From Candidatus Saccharimonadota bacterium (GTDB lineage Bacteria; Patescibacteriota; Saccharimonadia; Saccharimonadales; UBA10212), in contig JACPKF010000001.1 of NCBI GenBank assembly GCA_016187125.1, positions 302,178-366,177 on the forward strand: a stretch of 64,000 nt of DNA. The letters run 5' to 3'. The position numbers and the translations under genes are program-made. Of the stretch, positions 33,872 through 42,248 are shown piece after piece (position 1 is the first letter of the stretch; every line of letters starts with the position of its first letter). A model generated the notes under the pieces. The model had not been told where the DNA came from. It saw nothing but the letters and a program-made list of their open reading frames with translations, and did no database searches.

Positions 33872-35227
33872 TCATGCCACCGAATAAAAAGCTCGCTGCA
33901 CCCATTCCGACAGTGCCGGATGGGCATATACGGCTTTTGTGATGGCATTGGTTTTACCAGTTGCGTTCATAGCAATAACAATCTCATGGATAAGCGTGGT
34001 AGCATCAGGCCCGACTATGTGACCGCCTAAGATCTTATCCTCCTTACCGACTAATATTTTTACCAGGCCATTGTCTTGGAGAGCACTGCCCATACCAGTA
34101 TTTTTAAGTTCATACTTGCCGACTTTATAGTTGATGCCTTTCTGTTTCAACTCATCTTCGGTATAGCCAACTCCGGCTACTTGCGGCGAAGAAAATACGG
34201 CGTGCGGAATTTTGCGGTAATCAACAGTTTCTTTTTGGCCAAAAAAGGCGTTGTGGATTACGGGGCCGACCTGGTCGTTAGCGACATGTTTAAACGGCAT
34301 TAGACCGGTGATATCACCAAAGGCCCAAATGTCTTCAACATTCGTCTCAAAGTAATCATTAACCTTTATATAGCCCTTTTCGTTAGTCTCGATATTGCTG
34401 GCTCTAGCATCTAAGATATCGGCGTTAGATCGAATACCTGTAGCTATCAACAATTGATCGGCCGTAATTACCTCATCGCTATCTTTAAGCTTAATTTTAG
34501 TATTCTTACCTTCTTTATAAAGGCTTTCGGCCTCGGTTCGAAAACGGATGTCATAGCGCTTAGAAAACTCGTCAGTAAACCACCTGGCAATTTCGGAGTC
34601 TTCGTTTCTAATTAAAACTTCATCGCGTACTAGCATGGTTATCTTGGTGCCAAGCGCGCCAAAGAAGTGGGCCAGTTCAGCCGAAATGTAACCGCCGCCA
34701 ATAATTACTAGATGCTCGGGTTGTTTTTGCAGGCGCAGGGCTTCTTTACTTGTCAAATATGGGACACTGTCTAGGCCGTTAATCGGTGGAATAACAGCTC
34801 GCGCGCCGCCGGCAATAATTATTTTATCGGCCGTAATTGTTTCATCATGGACTTGCAACAGTTTTTTACCAATAAACTTTGACTTGGTTTTATAGTGTGT
34901 AATGTATGAGCTTTGGCGGATGCCTGTCTCAATCTGCCGGGCGGCGTTGTCGACATAATCTGATACATGTTTAACAATGGCCGAAAAATCAATCCCCTGA
35001 ATGGTGGCTTTAATGCCAAATTTACGACTGCTATTTATTGTGTCGGCGACATCGGCACTATGAATCAGCATTTTGGAGGGGATGCAGCCTCGATTTAAGC
35101 AAGTTCCACCCATCGGCCCCTCTTCAACCAAAGCCACTTTCATACCCTTGCTGGCGGCAAAAGATGCTACATCGAGGCCGCTGCCAGCCCCAATTACCAA
35201 GACATCAAAGCTTTTTACGGCTTTCAT
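33872..35227 (-). CDS. class I pyridine nucleotide-disulfide oxidoreductase (dihydrolipoamide/glutathione/mycothione reductase-like)
   Basis: 451 aa: FDVLVIGAGSG, redox site GGTCLNRGCIPSK, a second Rossmann fold IIGGGYISAELA, C-terminal HPALSE. Confidence 0.8.
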   Translation of the reverse strand: MKAVKSFDVLVIGAGSGLDVASFAASKGMKVALVEEGPMGGTCLNRGCIPSKMLIHSADVADTINSSRKFGIKATIQGIDFSAIVKHVSDYVDNAARQIETGIRQSSYITHYKTKSKFIGKKLLQVHDETITADKIIIAGGARAVIPPINGLDSVPYLTSKEALRLQKQPEHLVIIGGGYISAELAHFFGALGTKITMLVRDEVLIRNEDSEIARWFTDEFSKRYDIRFRTEAESLYKEGKNTKIKLKDSDEVITADQLLIATGIRSNADILDARASNIETNEKGYIKVNDYFETNVEDIWAFGDITGLMPFKHVANDQVGPVIHNAFFGQKETVDYRKIPHAVFSSPQVAGVGYTEDELKQKGINYKVGKYELKNTGMGSALQDNGLVKILVGKEDKILGGHIVGPDATTLIHEIVIAMNATGKTNAITKAVYAHPALSEWVQRAFYSVA

Positions 35228-35235
35228 GAGATTGT

Positions 35236-35340
35236 TTAGCTCTGTTTAGCTTCTTTTTCATTCTTTTTCTTAACAGACATACGCTGTTTGATGTGTTTTA
35301 AGGGCTTTTTCATTTGGGCGCTGCAAATTTGGCACTTCAT
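35236..35340 (-). CDS. possible 34-aa basic CxxC peptide
   Basis: Not in the track. GGAGAAAATA precedes the ATG. Translation: MKCQICSAQMKKPLKHIKQRMSVKKKNEKEAKQS. Speculative. Confidence 0.3.
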   Translation of the reverse strand: MKCQICSAQMKKPLKHIKQRMSVKKKNEKEAKQS

Positions 35341-35364
35341 TATTTTCTCCTCTTCTTAAGTTCT

Positions 35365-35580
35365 TTACAGATGCTGGCCGTGAGCTTTGTGAGTGTGTTC
35401 ATCAAGCTCCTGCTTGGTGGTGAAAGTTGCGGCGCACATCGGACACTTGAATTCAGCCGTCTCATTGTCGTGGCCGACATGTTCATCAGCATTGGCATGA
35501 TCGGCCATTTTATGTTTATGCAACTCGTCTTCCGTATCGAACCTCGCACTGCACATCGGGCAAGTTGTTGATTGATCCAT
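35365..35580 (-). CDS. small protein with two tandem classical C2H2 zinc fingers
   Basis: AAGGAG lies 7 nt before the ATG at 35580. Fingers: CPMCSARFDTEDELHKHKMADH and CPMCAATFTTKQELDEHTHKAH (C-X2-C-X12-H-X4-H). Confidence 0.65.
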   Translation of the reverse strand: MDQSTTCPMCSARFDTEDELHKHKMADHANADEHVGHDNETAEFKCPMCAATFTTKQELDEHTHKAHGQHL

Positions 35581-35680
35581 AATTACTCCTTTATTAAACA
35601 CATTATTTTGCTTTAAGCTAATCTGTCTATCTATCCCTATTCGATATAACCTCCTCTCCCCTTAGTTTATTTGGCCGTAC

Positions 35681-35932
35681 TTACGCCAGACCTAAAACTT
35701 GGTCGAAGCGTGGTTTGTCAAAGCCGAGGATCTTTTCTTCTCGTCCATCATCAAACACAATATGTGTGCAAGGCACACCCATTGAATTACAAACATGCAT
35801 AGCCTCGACTGCCTTTTCTGGTTGTTCATCGAGTAAGACTTCTTCATAGACAATCTTTTTGCTCTTTAGGTAGTTCTTGAGCATGTTGCAGTACGGGCAT
35901 GTCTTGGTACTATAGATCTTAATTTTTGGCAT
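35681..35932 (-). CDS. glutaredoxin/NrdH-like redoxin
   Basis: 83 aa: KIKIYSTKTCPYCNMLKNYL (CPYC). Confidence 0.8.
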   Translation of the reverse strand: MPKIKIYSTKTCPYCNMLKNYLKSKKIVYEEVLLDEQPEKAVEAMHVCNSMGVPCTHIVFDDGREEKILGFDKPRFDQVLGLA

Positions 35933-35993
35933 ATATCCTCCTTTAAGCTAGCGTTTAGTTTATTTAGGAAAAATCAAAATTATGTAAATTTTT

Positions 35994-36359
35994 TTATTGT
36001 CTTGCAGATGGCCTCATCATGGCGCCCAAGCGAATCGGCATCATAAACAGCACAATTAAAATAGCCACTAATGACGAAAAAATACCAGTCAAAATCTTAC
36101 CAACCCCCACTAGTTTTAACCGAAGTAGCTCTGACGGATAGTTTTGAATTTGGGCCAGCTGGTTATTCAGTTCGGATCCAGTTGGCGCTGAGTCGCGGTC
36201 TGCTTTACTAAGACTGTAGTAACTGGTCTGTAACTGGTGGAATCTCGCCTCCTGAGGCGCTACTTGTTTTTGCATGACATAGCCCTGTCCAGCAAAGATA
36301 ATGCCGGCAATGGTTAGAGCCATAACGATCATGATTATTGGTATCATTTTCTTGTCCAT
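35994..36359 (-). CDS. hypothetical two-TM membrane protein
   Basis: 121 aa with N- and C-terminal hydrophobic helices. Confidence 0.5.
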   Translation of the reverse strand: MDKKMIPIIMIVMALTIAGIIFAGQGYVMQKQVAPQEARFHQLQTSYYSLSKADRDSAPTGSELNNQLAQIQNYPSELLRLKLVGVGKILTGIFSSLVAILIVLFMMPIRLGAMMRPSARQ

Positions 36360-36498
36360 ATTATTCTCCTTATTATTTTCATTCTTACTTTCTTAGTTAC
36401 ATATTTCAGTTACCTAATTTAGGCATAGGATAATCATTTGATTTGTCACTAGCATTGAAAGTTGCAGTTTGGGCACATATTTATCCTCCTTTTTACAT

Positions 36499-36813
36499 CT
36501 ATTGCATAAAACAATTAACCAGTTTTTTAACTAAAGTATGGTCTTTCTTGAGCACGTAGCAGATCATCTTGCCGTAGCGACGCTTGTCTACTAATCCCAC
36601 TAGTTCAAATATCCGAAAATGTTGTGAAGCTGCAGGCACAGAAATTCCAACTTTGTCGGCAACCTCACTGACGCAAAATTCCTCTTTAGATAAGAGAATT
36701 TTGAACATTTTGTAACGAGTCCTATCGCCCAGTAGCTGTAAAACATTAACTAGTTGCTCTTCGCTTCTTGTCAAAGTCATTGGTCTTTTAAGACTTGTTT
36801 TCATATTAATCAT
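36499..36813 (-). CDS. ArsR family transcriptional regulator (second copy)
   Basis: 104 aa: LGDRTRYKMFKILLSKEEFCVSEVADKVGISVPAASQHFRIFELVGLV. Confidence 0.78.
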   Translation of the reverse strand: MINMKTSLKRPMTLTRSEEQLVNVLQLLGDRTRYKMFKILLSKEEFCVSEVADKVGISVPAASQHFRIFELVGLVDKRRYGKMICYVLKKDHTLVKKLVNCFMQ

Positions 36814-36882
36814 TTAAGCAAATACTTAAATTAATGTCAATGGCAAATTGGTATGCTTATCACAAAAGCTTAAATCCAGCGC

Positions 36883-37827
36883 TCAGTTTTTAGCGCTGGC
36901 TGCAGGTTTTTGAATCTTTTGTAGAGCTAGCTTTTTAGCGTCTTTGGCAATCAAGTAAATAGTGCCTGTTAGTAACAGCGCCCCAAAAATCTGCGAGGTA
37001 GTGAGGCCTTGATGCAACCAGACGTAACCGACAAAGACGGCCGAGGCCGGCCAAGCCAGTTCTAAAACCGCAGCCCGTGAAGCCAAAACTCGCTTCAAGC
37101 CAAAATAGTAAATCATTAGTGCTACTAAACCAGTAGAAAAAGTAATGGCCGCGATGTATTTGAATTGACTAAAAGTTAGAGCGCCTAACGAGCCAGTACT
37201 GCCCGATAAAACCACAAACAACAGGGCGAAAATAGGTGTAATCCCAAAGCGGGCGGCCGTGATGTGCAGCGATGAAGTATCTTTTAGAGCATACCGGGAA
37301 AAGGCCGTGGAAACGCCCCAGCTAGCCGCTGCTCCTACGGCAAACAAAGCGGCTATGAGCGTTCCCTTACCCGTGGATAGGTTCACGCTCAGGTCCGGGA
37401 AGGAAACCAAGTAAGCTCCTAAAAGAGCAACTGCGGACAAGCCAAAAAACTTTTTAGTTAAAGGTTCATGAAGCAATGCGGCAGCGGCGCCAATCGCAAA
37501 GATTGGATTGAGCTGTTGCAGTAGCACCACGACCGAGAACGGAATGAAATTAATTCGGCCCAGAGCCGCGGTATAAAGGATTGTGCCAACGGCGCCCGAC
37601 AAAAACGACACGCCGATAATTGCCAGCCATTGTTTACGGGTAAGTTTTTTAAAAGCCCTGTAAGAAGCAATGATAATTGGCGCTAGTAGTACAACCCCAA
37701 AAACATGCTCCCAAAAAACTATTACCGGTGCCGGCAGACTATATAAATGTCGGCGCAACAGGCCGTCCAAGCTCCAAAGAAGCGCGGCCAAAACCACAGC
37801 ACCAGAACCATACTTAATATATTTCAT
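36883..37827 (-). CDS. EamA/DMT superfamily transporter
   Basis: 314 aa, about 10 TM helices, duplicated EamA-like halves. Confidence 0.75.
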   Translation of the reverse strand: MKYIKYGSGAVVLAALLWSLDGLLRRHLYSLPAPVIVFWEHVFGVVLLAPIIIASYRAFKKLTRKQWLAIIGVSFLSGAVGTILYTAALGRINFIPFSVVVLLQQLNPIFAIGAAAALLHEPLTKKFFGLSAVALLGAYLVSFPDLSVNLSTGKGTLIAALFAVGAAASWGVSTAFSRYALKDTSSLHITAARFGITPIFALLFVVLSGSTGSLGALTFSQFKYIAAITFSTGLVALMIYYFGLKRVLASRAAVLELAWPASAVFVGYVWLHQGLTTSQIFGALLLTGTIYLIAKDAKKLALQKIQKPAASAKN

Positions 37828-38199
37828 CGAGTATCCTTTCTGTCCTTTTCAAGACACCCCCTACCTTTTCAGATAAGAAGTCCCGACTATACGGTCGGCG
37901 CATGAGTTTCACATGCTCGTCCCCACCCAATTTGTTGAATCAAATTGGGAAACCCAAATTTCATAAATCTGGGTGGGGTTGATGACTATCACATCCGATT
38001 GGCGAATTTCACGCCACCCTGGAAATTTAATTGTGAATATATTTATCTTACCACGCCACGCTTTAGTTTGTTGCGACGTGGTACGGCTTTACGAAGCCGC
38101 TAGAACTTACTTTATAGCAATAGGTATTCCCTCCACATCTGCACTTCAGGATTCAGTGCGGGGCAGGCCTCCGACCCTTTGTTCCGATCCCGCACCTTT

Positions 38200-38276
38200 T
38201 GGTACCCCCTGAGGGATTTGAACCCCCGGCCTCATCGTCCGAAGCGATGCGCTCTGATCCGCTGAGCTAAGGGGGC
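38200..38276 (-). tRNA. tRNA-Arg (anticodon TCG), CCA encoded
   Basis: The reverse complement is GCCCCCTTAGCTCAGCGGATCAGAGCGCATCGCTTCGGACGATGAGGCCGGGGGTTCAAATCCCTCAGGGGGTACCA. It is flanked by the complementary CCCGCACCTTTT (38189-38200) and AAAAAGGTGCGGG (38279-38291). Confidence 0.88.
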
Positions 38277-38375
38277 ACAAAAAGGTGCGGGACCAATCCA
38301 CTGCCTGTCCGCCACAGTCCGCCTTGACGGACGTCGGCGGAAGCTACGGGCGCACACAGGTCTCATTTTAACAGA

Positions 38376-38885
38376 TTAGGGTGAGTTAATCTCTTGTAGT
38401 TTCTTGTCCACAAATTTCGTGGCTTGAGCTACATCGTGGTCTTTAGGGATATGAATAAAGCCAAATTTAACGTCTTTGTTATTTTTGAGAAAATCTAAAA
38501 TTACGTACATGGAAAAATTGCAGACATATTGGCCCCCGTTATAGGAAACCCAAGAACTGCTGTCTTTTTTGAGCTTCAGGCTAACTTTTATTTTTGAGGG
38601 TCCAGCTCTTAAAATGGTCTGCGGCTTATCTTGTTTATGAAGCTTCCAGAGGTTAAGGGCTTGGCGTTCGATCCGAATTTTATTGCCTCGTGGATATTGG
38701 CCAAGTCCGATTATCAAATCAGGAGCAATGGCTTTTACTTTTTTTAGAAACATTTCCCTGTCAAATCGTACCGGAAAAACAACCCTTATCAAATTCCGGC
38801 GTTTTTTGATATTAGCTAGAACTTCTTGGCTAATATTACTAGGCCGCTTTCCCCACGGTTTAAATGCGTATACTAAAACTTTCAC
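38376..38885 (-). CDS. pcp: pyroglutamyl-peptidase I (peptidase C15)-like
   Basis: 169 aa: MKVLVYAFKPWG, GQYVCNFSMY (Cys), GFIHIP (His). Confidence 0.65.
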   Translation of the reverse strand: MKVLVYAFKPWGKRPSNISQEVLANIKKRRNLIRVVFPVRFDREMFLKKVKAIAPDLIIGLGQYPRGNKIRIERQALNLWKLHKQDKPQTILRAGPSKIKVSLKLKKDSSSWVSYNGGQYVCNFSMYVILDFLKNNKDVKFGFIHIPKDHDVAQATKFVDKKLQEINSP

Positions 38886-38903
38886 TTTCCGAGGTTGAAA
38901 TTA

Positions 38904-39473
38904 TCAGCTGCTCTTGATTTCGTCCGAGCTAGAACTATCCGGGGCGATGAGTTTGTTGGGTAGCTTAAGAATATTCTTTTCGGTTTGGGAAAGCGTCAGC
39001 TGCAAAATTTGCAGGACGCTTTTAGCATGCTCGCGACTCATGCCGATTTTGGCTACTACCGCCGGCTGGGTGCCTGAACCGGTGTTCTGCATAAAGTTCA
39101 TTACAACCCCGTAATTATTGACAATCACATCAACTATATCGGTAAACAAAACGTGATCATTGTTGCCCGCTGCCACTTGGTTATCCAGAGTGCTGGCGCT
39201 GCCCATATGCGACATGGGGATTTTGCTCATATTATAACCAGCCAGATCCCAGAGTTTAATCGCTTCGTCGTCCTTTACGCCAAAGTGACTAAGCAGTAGC
39301 AGTAGCACGTCTTCGCTGGGCCGAGCTTGGCCAAGTTCAAAACTAGCCAGCTGGCGGACATCAATTTCTACGGCTCCGGAGGCCTCGGCTAAAGTTTCAT
39401 TAATTTGACCACGCAGCTCTTTGAGTCGTCTGCCGAGGGGTTTAAACGGACTTGAGGCTTGAGGTTTATCCAT
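38904..39473 (-). CDS. XRE-type HTH domain protein
   Basis: The start is taken at MDKPQAS (ATG 39473, abutting TIR element C). HTH: LGRRLKELRGQINETLAEASGAVEIDVRQLASFELG. Confidence 0.65.
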   Translation of the reverse strand: MDKPQASSPFKPLGRRLKELRGQINETLAEASGAVEIDVRQLASFELGQARPSEDVLLLLLSHFGVKDDEAIKLWDLAGYNMSKIPMSHMGSASTLDNQVAAGNNDHVLFTDIVDVIVNNYGVVMNFMQNTGSGTQPAVVAKIGMSREHAKSVLQILQLTLSQTEKNILKLPNKLIAPDSSSSDEIKSS

Positions 39474-39576
39474 CCCGTTAGAACTCACTCAACTTCCGCA
39501 CCTTTGTTAAGGATTGAACACGTGTGCTTACTTCAACGTATTGATAAATATTGTAGGTCTTTTGAGGTCTAACGGA
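39474..39576. repeat. 103-nt TIR element, copy C (MITE-like)
   Basis: The ends are CCCGTTAGAACTCA ... TGAGGTCTAACGGA. Its reverse complement aligns end to end with copy A. The left end touches the ATG at 39473. Confidence 0.8.
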
Positions 39577-39692
39577 ATCCATGTACTACCATTTTACTAC
39601 ATCTAACCAACTGCTGGGTATAATGAAACTGATGGATTCTATTAGAGATAAGTATTTTATAAAAATCTGCCGATCTACGGTCAGAAGATCGG

Positions 39693-39704
39693 ACTTCTAA
39701 CGGG
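39693..39704 (+). repeat. solo TIR half-site abutting the murB ATG
   Basis: ACTTCTAACGGG|ATG. This is the same junction as in copies A-C. It is preceded by hairpin CCGATCT-acggtcaga-AGATCGG and a TATAAT box at about 39619. Confidence 0.6.
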
Positions 39705-40733
39705 ATGAATATACAGGAAAATGTTGATCTCAAAGCCCACAGTACGATGCGCCTTGGGGGCAAAGCCCACTATTTGGCTGAGGCTGACTCTGAAACCAGA
39801 GTCAAAAATCTAGTCAACTGGGCCAATACCAGAAACTTGCCGGTGATCATGATTGGTGAGGGTAGCAACATCATCTGGCAGGACGAGGGCTACCAAGGAC
39901 TTGTTATTGTCAACAAGATTCCTGGAATCAAAATAGCCGCTGAAGATGATAAGAATCTGACCATAAAAGCCGGCGGCGGCGAAATGTGGGACAAAATTGT
40001 CGAATGGAGTACAAACAAGAATCTCACCGGCATCGAGTTTTTATCTCGGATCCCCGGTTATGTTGGGGCAGCACCAGTCCAGAACATTGGCGCCTACGGC
40101 GCCGAACTTAGTGATGTGCTGGTTGAGCTAGAGGCTTACGATACCAATTTACGAAAATTTGTAACTTTAGCTAACAAAGATTGCGCCTTCGCTTACCGAA
40201 CCAGCCGGTTCAAAACGGTTGATAAAGGCAGATTTCTAATTACCTCTGTTACCATTAAGCTAGCTAAATCCAGTCCCAAACCGCCGTTTTATGAATCGTT
40301 GCAAAATTACTTGGACGAACACAAAATCCGAGACTATAGTCCAAGGACCATACGCCAGGCGGTGACTGAAATCCGTAAAATTAAATTGCCGGATCCATCA
40401 GTGGTAGCCAACAATGGTTCGTTTTTTACCAATCCGATAATCAACAAGCTCAAATACCAGAAGTTAAAAGCTGATTTTCCAGAAATAAAGGGCTGGGGGC
40501 ATAGTGACGGCCAAATAAAAATTGCGGCTGGATGGATGGTTGAGAAAGCTGGTTTTAAAGACTTTCACGATAAAAAGACAGGCATGGGCACTTGGTGGGG
40601 TTCGGCTCTAGTTATGATTAATGAGGAGGCTAGGACGACGGCCGATTTGTTAGCCTTCAAGCAAAAGATTGTCAGTAAAGTCTATGAGATGTTCGGCATT
40701 ATACTTGAGCAAGAACCAGAACTCTTGCCTTAA
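39705..40733 (+). CDS. murB: UDP-N-acetylenolpyruvoylglucosamine reductase
   Basis: 342 aa: HSTMRLGGKA, GEGSNII, FAYRTSRFK, AGWMVEKAGFKD. Confidence 0.88.
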   Translation: MNIQENVDLKAHSTMRLGGKAHYLAEADSETRVKNLVNWANTRNLPVIMIGEGSNIIWQDEGYQGLVIVNKIPGIKIAAEDDKNLTIKAGGGEMWDKIVEWSTNKNLTGIEFLSRIPGYVGAAPVQNIGAYGAELSDVLVELEAYDTNLRKFVTLANKDCAFAYRTSRFKTVDKGRFLITSVTIKLAKSSPKPPFYESLQNYLDEHKIRDYSPRTIRQAVTEIRKIKLPDPSVVANNGSFFTNPIINKLKYQKLKADFPEIKGWGHSDGQIKIAAGWMVEKAGFKDFHDKKTGMGTWWGSALVMINEEARTTADLLAFKQKIVSKVYEMFGIILEQEPELLP

Positions 40734-40754
40734 CTAGTTAAATAACGTTGCTTG

Positions 40755-40894
40755 CCCCGCACCAAAACCTGAGCGAAGCAGTCGGTAATCCAGCACATTT
40801 TCATCTCTTATCGCAATCTGATTGCTGACTGCTCAAAAACAGGAAAATATGCGGGACAGGTCGGATTGTGGAGCATCAAGCTTTTGGTGCGGGG
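40755..40894. repeat. structured repeat family F5 (copy 4, 140-nt expanded form)
   Basis: The outer stem CCCCGCACCAAAAC / CTTTTGGTGCGGGG encloses GCAGTCGGTAATCC ... GCAATCTGATTGCTGACTGC. The right arm encodes the last residues (DPAPKA) of glyA. Confidence 0.7.
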
Positions 40895-42153
40895 TCGCTG
40901 GGTAGCGGGAACTTTTTACAGAATTCGCCGATTTGCTTATTTAGCCTGGTAAGTATTTTTGCGTCACTGGCGCTGCTAATAGCTTCGTCAATCCAGCTGG
41001 CTATTTGGACCATCTCCTTTTCTTTCATGCCTCTGGTGGTTATAGCCGGAGTGCCCATACGGATACCAGACGGACTAAACGGTGACCGAGGATCAAAAGG
41101 CACGGTATTTTTATTAACCGTTATGCCGGCTTTGCTAAGAGCTTTTTCGGCGTCGGCGCCAATAATTTTTTTATTTGTCAGATCAATTAACAACAGATGA
41201 TTATCGGTGCCGCCGGTGACTAATTTGTAGTCCTTTTTAAGAAGTTCTTCGGCTAGGATCTTGGCATTTTTTACAATCTGCCGGCCATATTGCTTGAAGC
41301 TCGGCTGGGCGGCCTCGCGCAGGGCCACGGCAATAGCCGCTGTCTGATGGTTATGAGGACCACCTTGCAAGCCTGGAATAATCGCCCGGTCTATTAAAGT
41401 TGGCAGGTTTTCCGGTCGGCGTTCAGCAGCTTTTAGCGGATTAGAAGGGTTGCCGTTGCATAAGATCATTGCTCCCCTGGGGCCACGCAGCGTTTTATGA
41501 GTAGTAGTCATAACTACATGTGCTTGGCCGACTGGCGAAGGATGGGCTCCAGCTACTACCAGGCCAGCTATATGTGAAATGTCGGCGATTAACCACGCTC
41601 CCGATATGTCGGCGATCTCCCGGAGTCTTGCCCATTCGAATATCCGGGGATAAGCAGTCGCGCCCACAAAAATCAGTTTTGGTTTTTCGGTTTTAACCAT
41701 TTTTGTCATCTCCCCGTAGTCCAGGTAACCGTCTTTTCCGGTATGGTATTGGACTGAGCGGTAGTAGGTGCCGGAAAAATTAACCTTCAGGCCATGTGTC
41801 ATATGGCCGCCGAAATACAAGTGCATACCCATGACTGTATCGCCAGGGTCAACCAAGGCAAAATAGATGGCTTGATTGGCCGGCGAGCCGGAATACGGCT
41901 GAACATTGGCATGAGATACACCAAATAAGGCCTTGGCTCTATCGCGCGCCAGGTTTTCTACGGCGTCCACGTATTCGCAACCTCCGTAGTAACGCATACC
42001 CGGATAGCCCTCCGAATATTTATCAGTCAGACGAGAACCAAGCGCTTTTAGGACATCGGCGGAAGTATGATTCTCGCTGGGAATCATCTCTAAGCCTTCC
42101 CGTTGCCGCTTGCCCTCAGCCGCAATTAACTTTTCTATTTCTTTATCATTCAT
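40876..42153 (-). CDS. glyA: serine hydroxymethyltransferase
   Basis: The start is taken at MNDKEIEKL (ATG 42153). Motifs: LEMIPSENH, RYYGGCE, TTTTHKTLRGPRG (PLP Lys). Confidence 0.9.
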   Translation of the reverse strand: MNDKEIEKLIAAEGKRQREGLEMIPSENHTSADVLKALGSRLTDKYSEGYPGMRYYGGCEYVDAVENLARDRAKALFGVSHANVQPYSGSPANQAIYFALVDPGDTVMGMHLYFGGHMTHGLKVNFSGTYYRSVQYHTGKDGYLDYGEMTKMVKTEKPKLIFVGATAYPRIFEWARLREIADISGAWLIADISHIAGLVVAGAHPSPVGQAHVVMTTTHKTLRGPRGAMILCNGNPSNPLKAAERRPENLPTLIDRAIIPGLQGGPHNHQTAAIAVALREAAQPSFKQYGRQIVKNAKILAEELLKKDYKLVTGGTDNHLLLIDLTNKKIIGADAEKALSKAGITVNKNTVPFDPRSPFSPSGIRMGTPAITTRGMKEKEMVQIASWIDEAISSASDAKILTRLNKQIGEFCKKFPLPSDPAPKA

Positions 42154-42248
42154 AGCAAACTCCCAGGAGCTACATACCGCATCAGCTTGCACAGCTTGTC
42201 AGAGCCAGCAGCTCCGCCGATGCTCTTGGCAAATCGCGTTGTTGCCAT
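42150..42248 (-). CDS. possible 32-aa leader ORF coupled to glyA
   Basis: Not in the track. GAAGGAG lies 8 nt before the ATG at 42248. Translation: MATTRFAKSIGGAAGSDKLCKLMRYVAPGSLL. Its TGA overlaps the glyA ATG (ATGA). Confidence 0.35.
   Translation of the reverse strand: MATTRFAKSIGGAAGSDKLCKLMRYVAPGSLL

Noticed and set aside
35340-35549. Track ORFs 35314..35571 (+) and 35340..35549 (-) overlapping the C2H2 gene
   Set aside because: They are alternative frames of the 35365..35580 gene. That gene alone has a strong AAGGAG RBS and two complete zinc-finger motifs.
29494-38291. Calling the metal/redox block a bona fide integrated genomic island at tRNA-Arg(TCG)
   Set aside because: There is no integrase or excisionase. 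Only a 9-12 nt weak match (TTTTGGTAC) to the tRNA 3' end lies at the far border, and the compositional shift was judged only by eye. It is kept as a hypothesis in the findings, not as a mobile_element feature.
39581-39698. 39-codon plus-strand ORF (MYYHFTTSNQ...) between TIR element C and murB, ending in the TAA of TCTAACGGGATG
   Set aside because: It has no RBS and an AT-rich, low-information sequence, and it contains the likely murB promoter (TATAAT at about 39619). It is probably non-coding.
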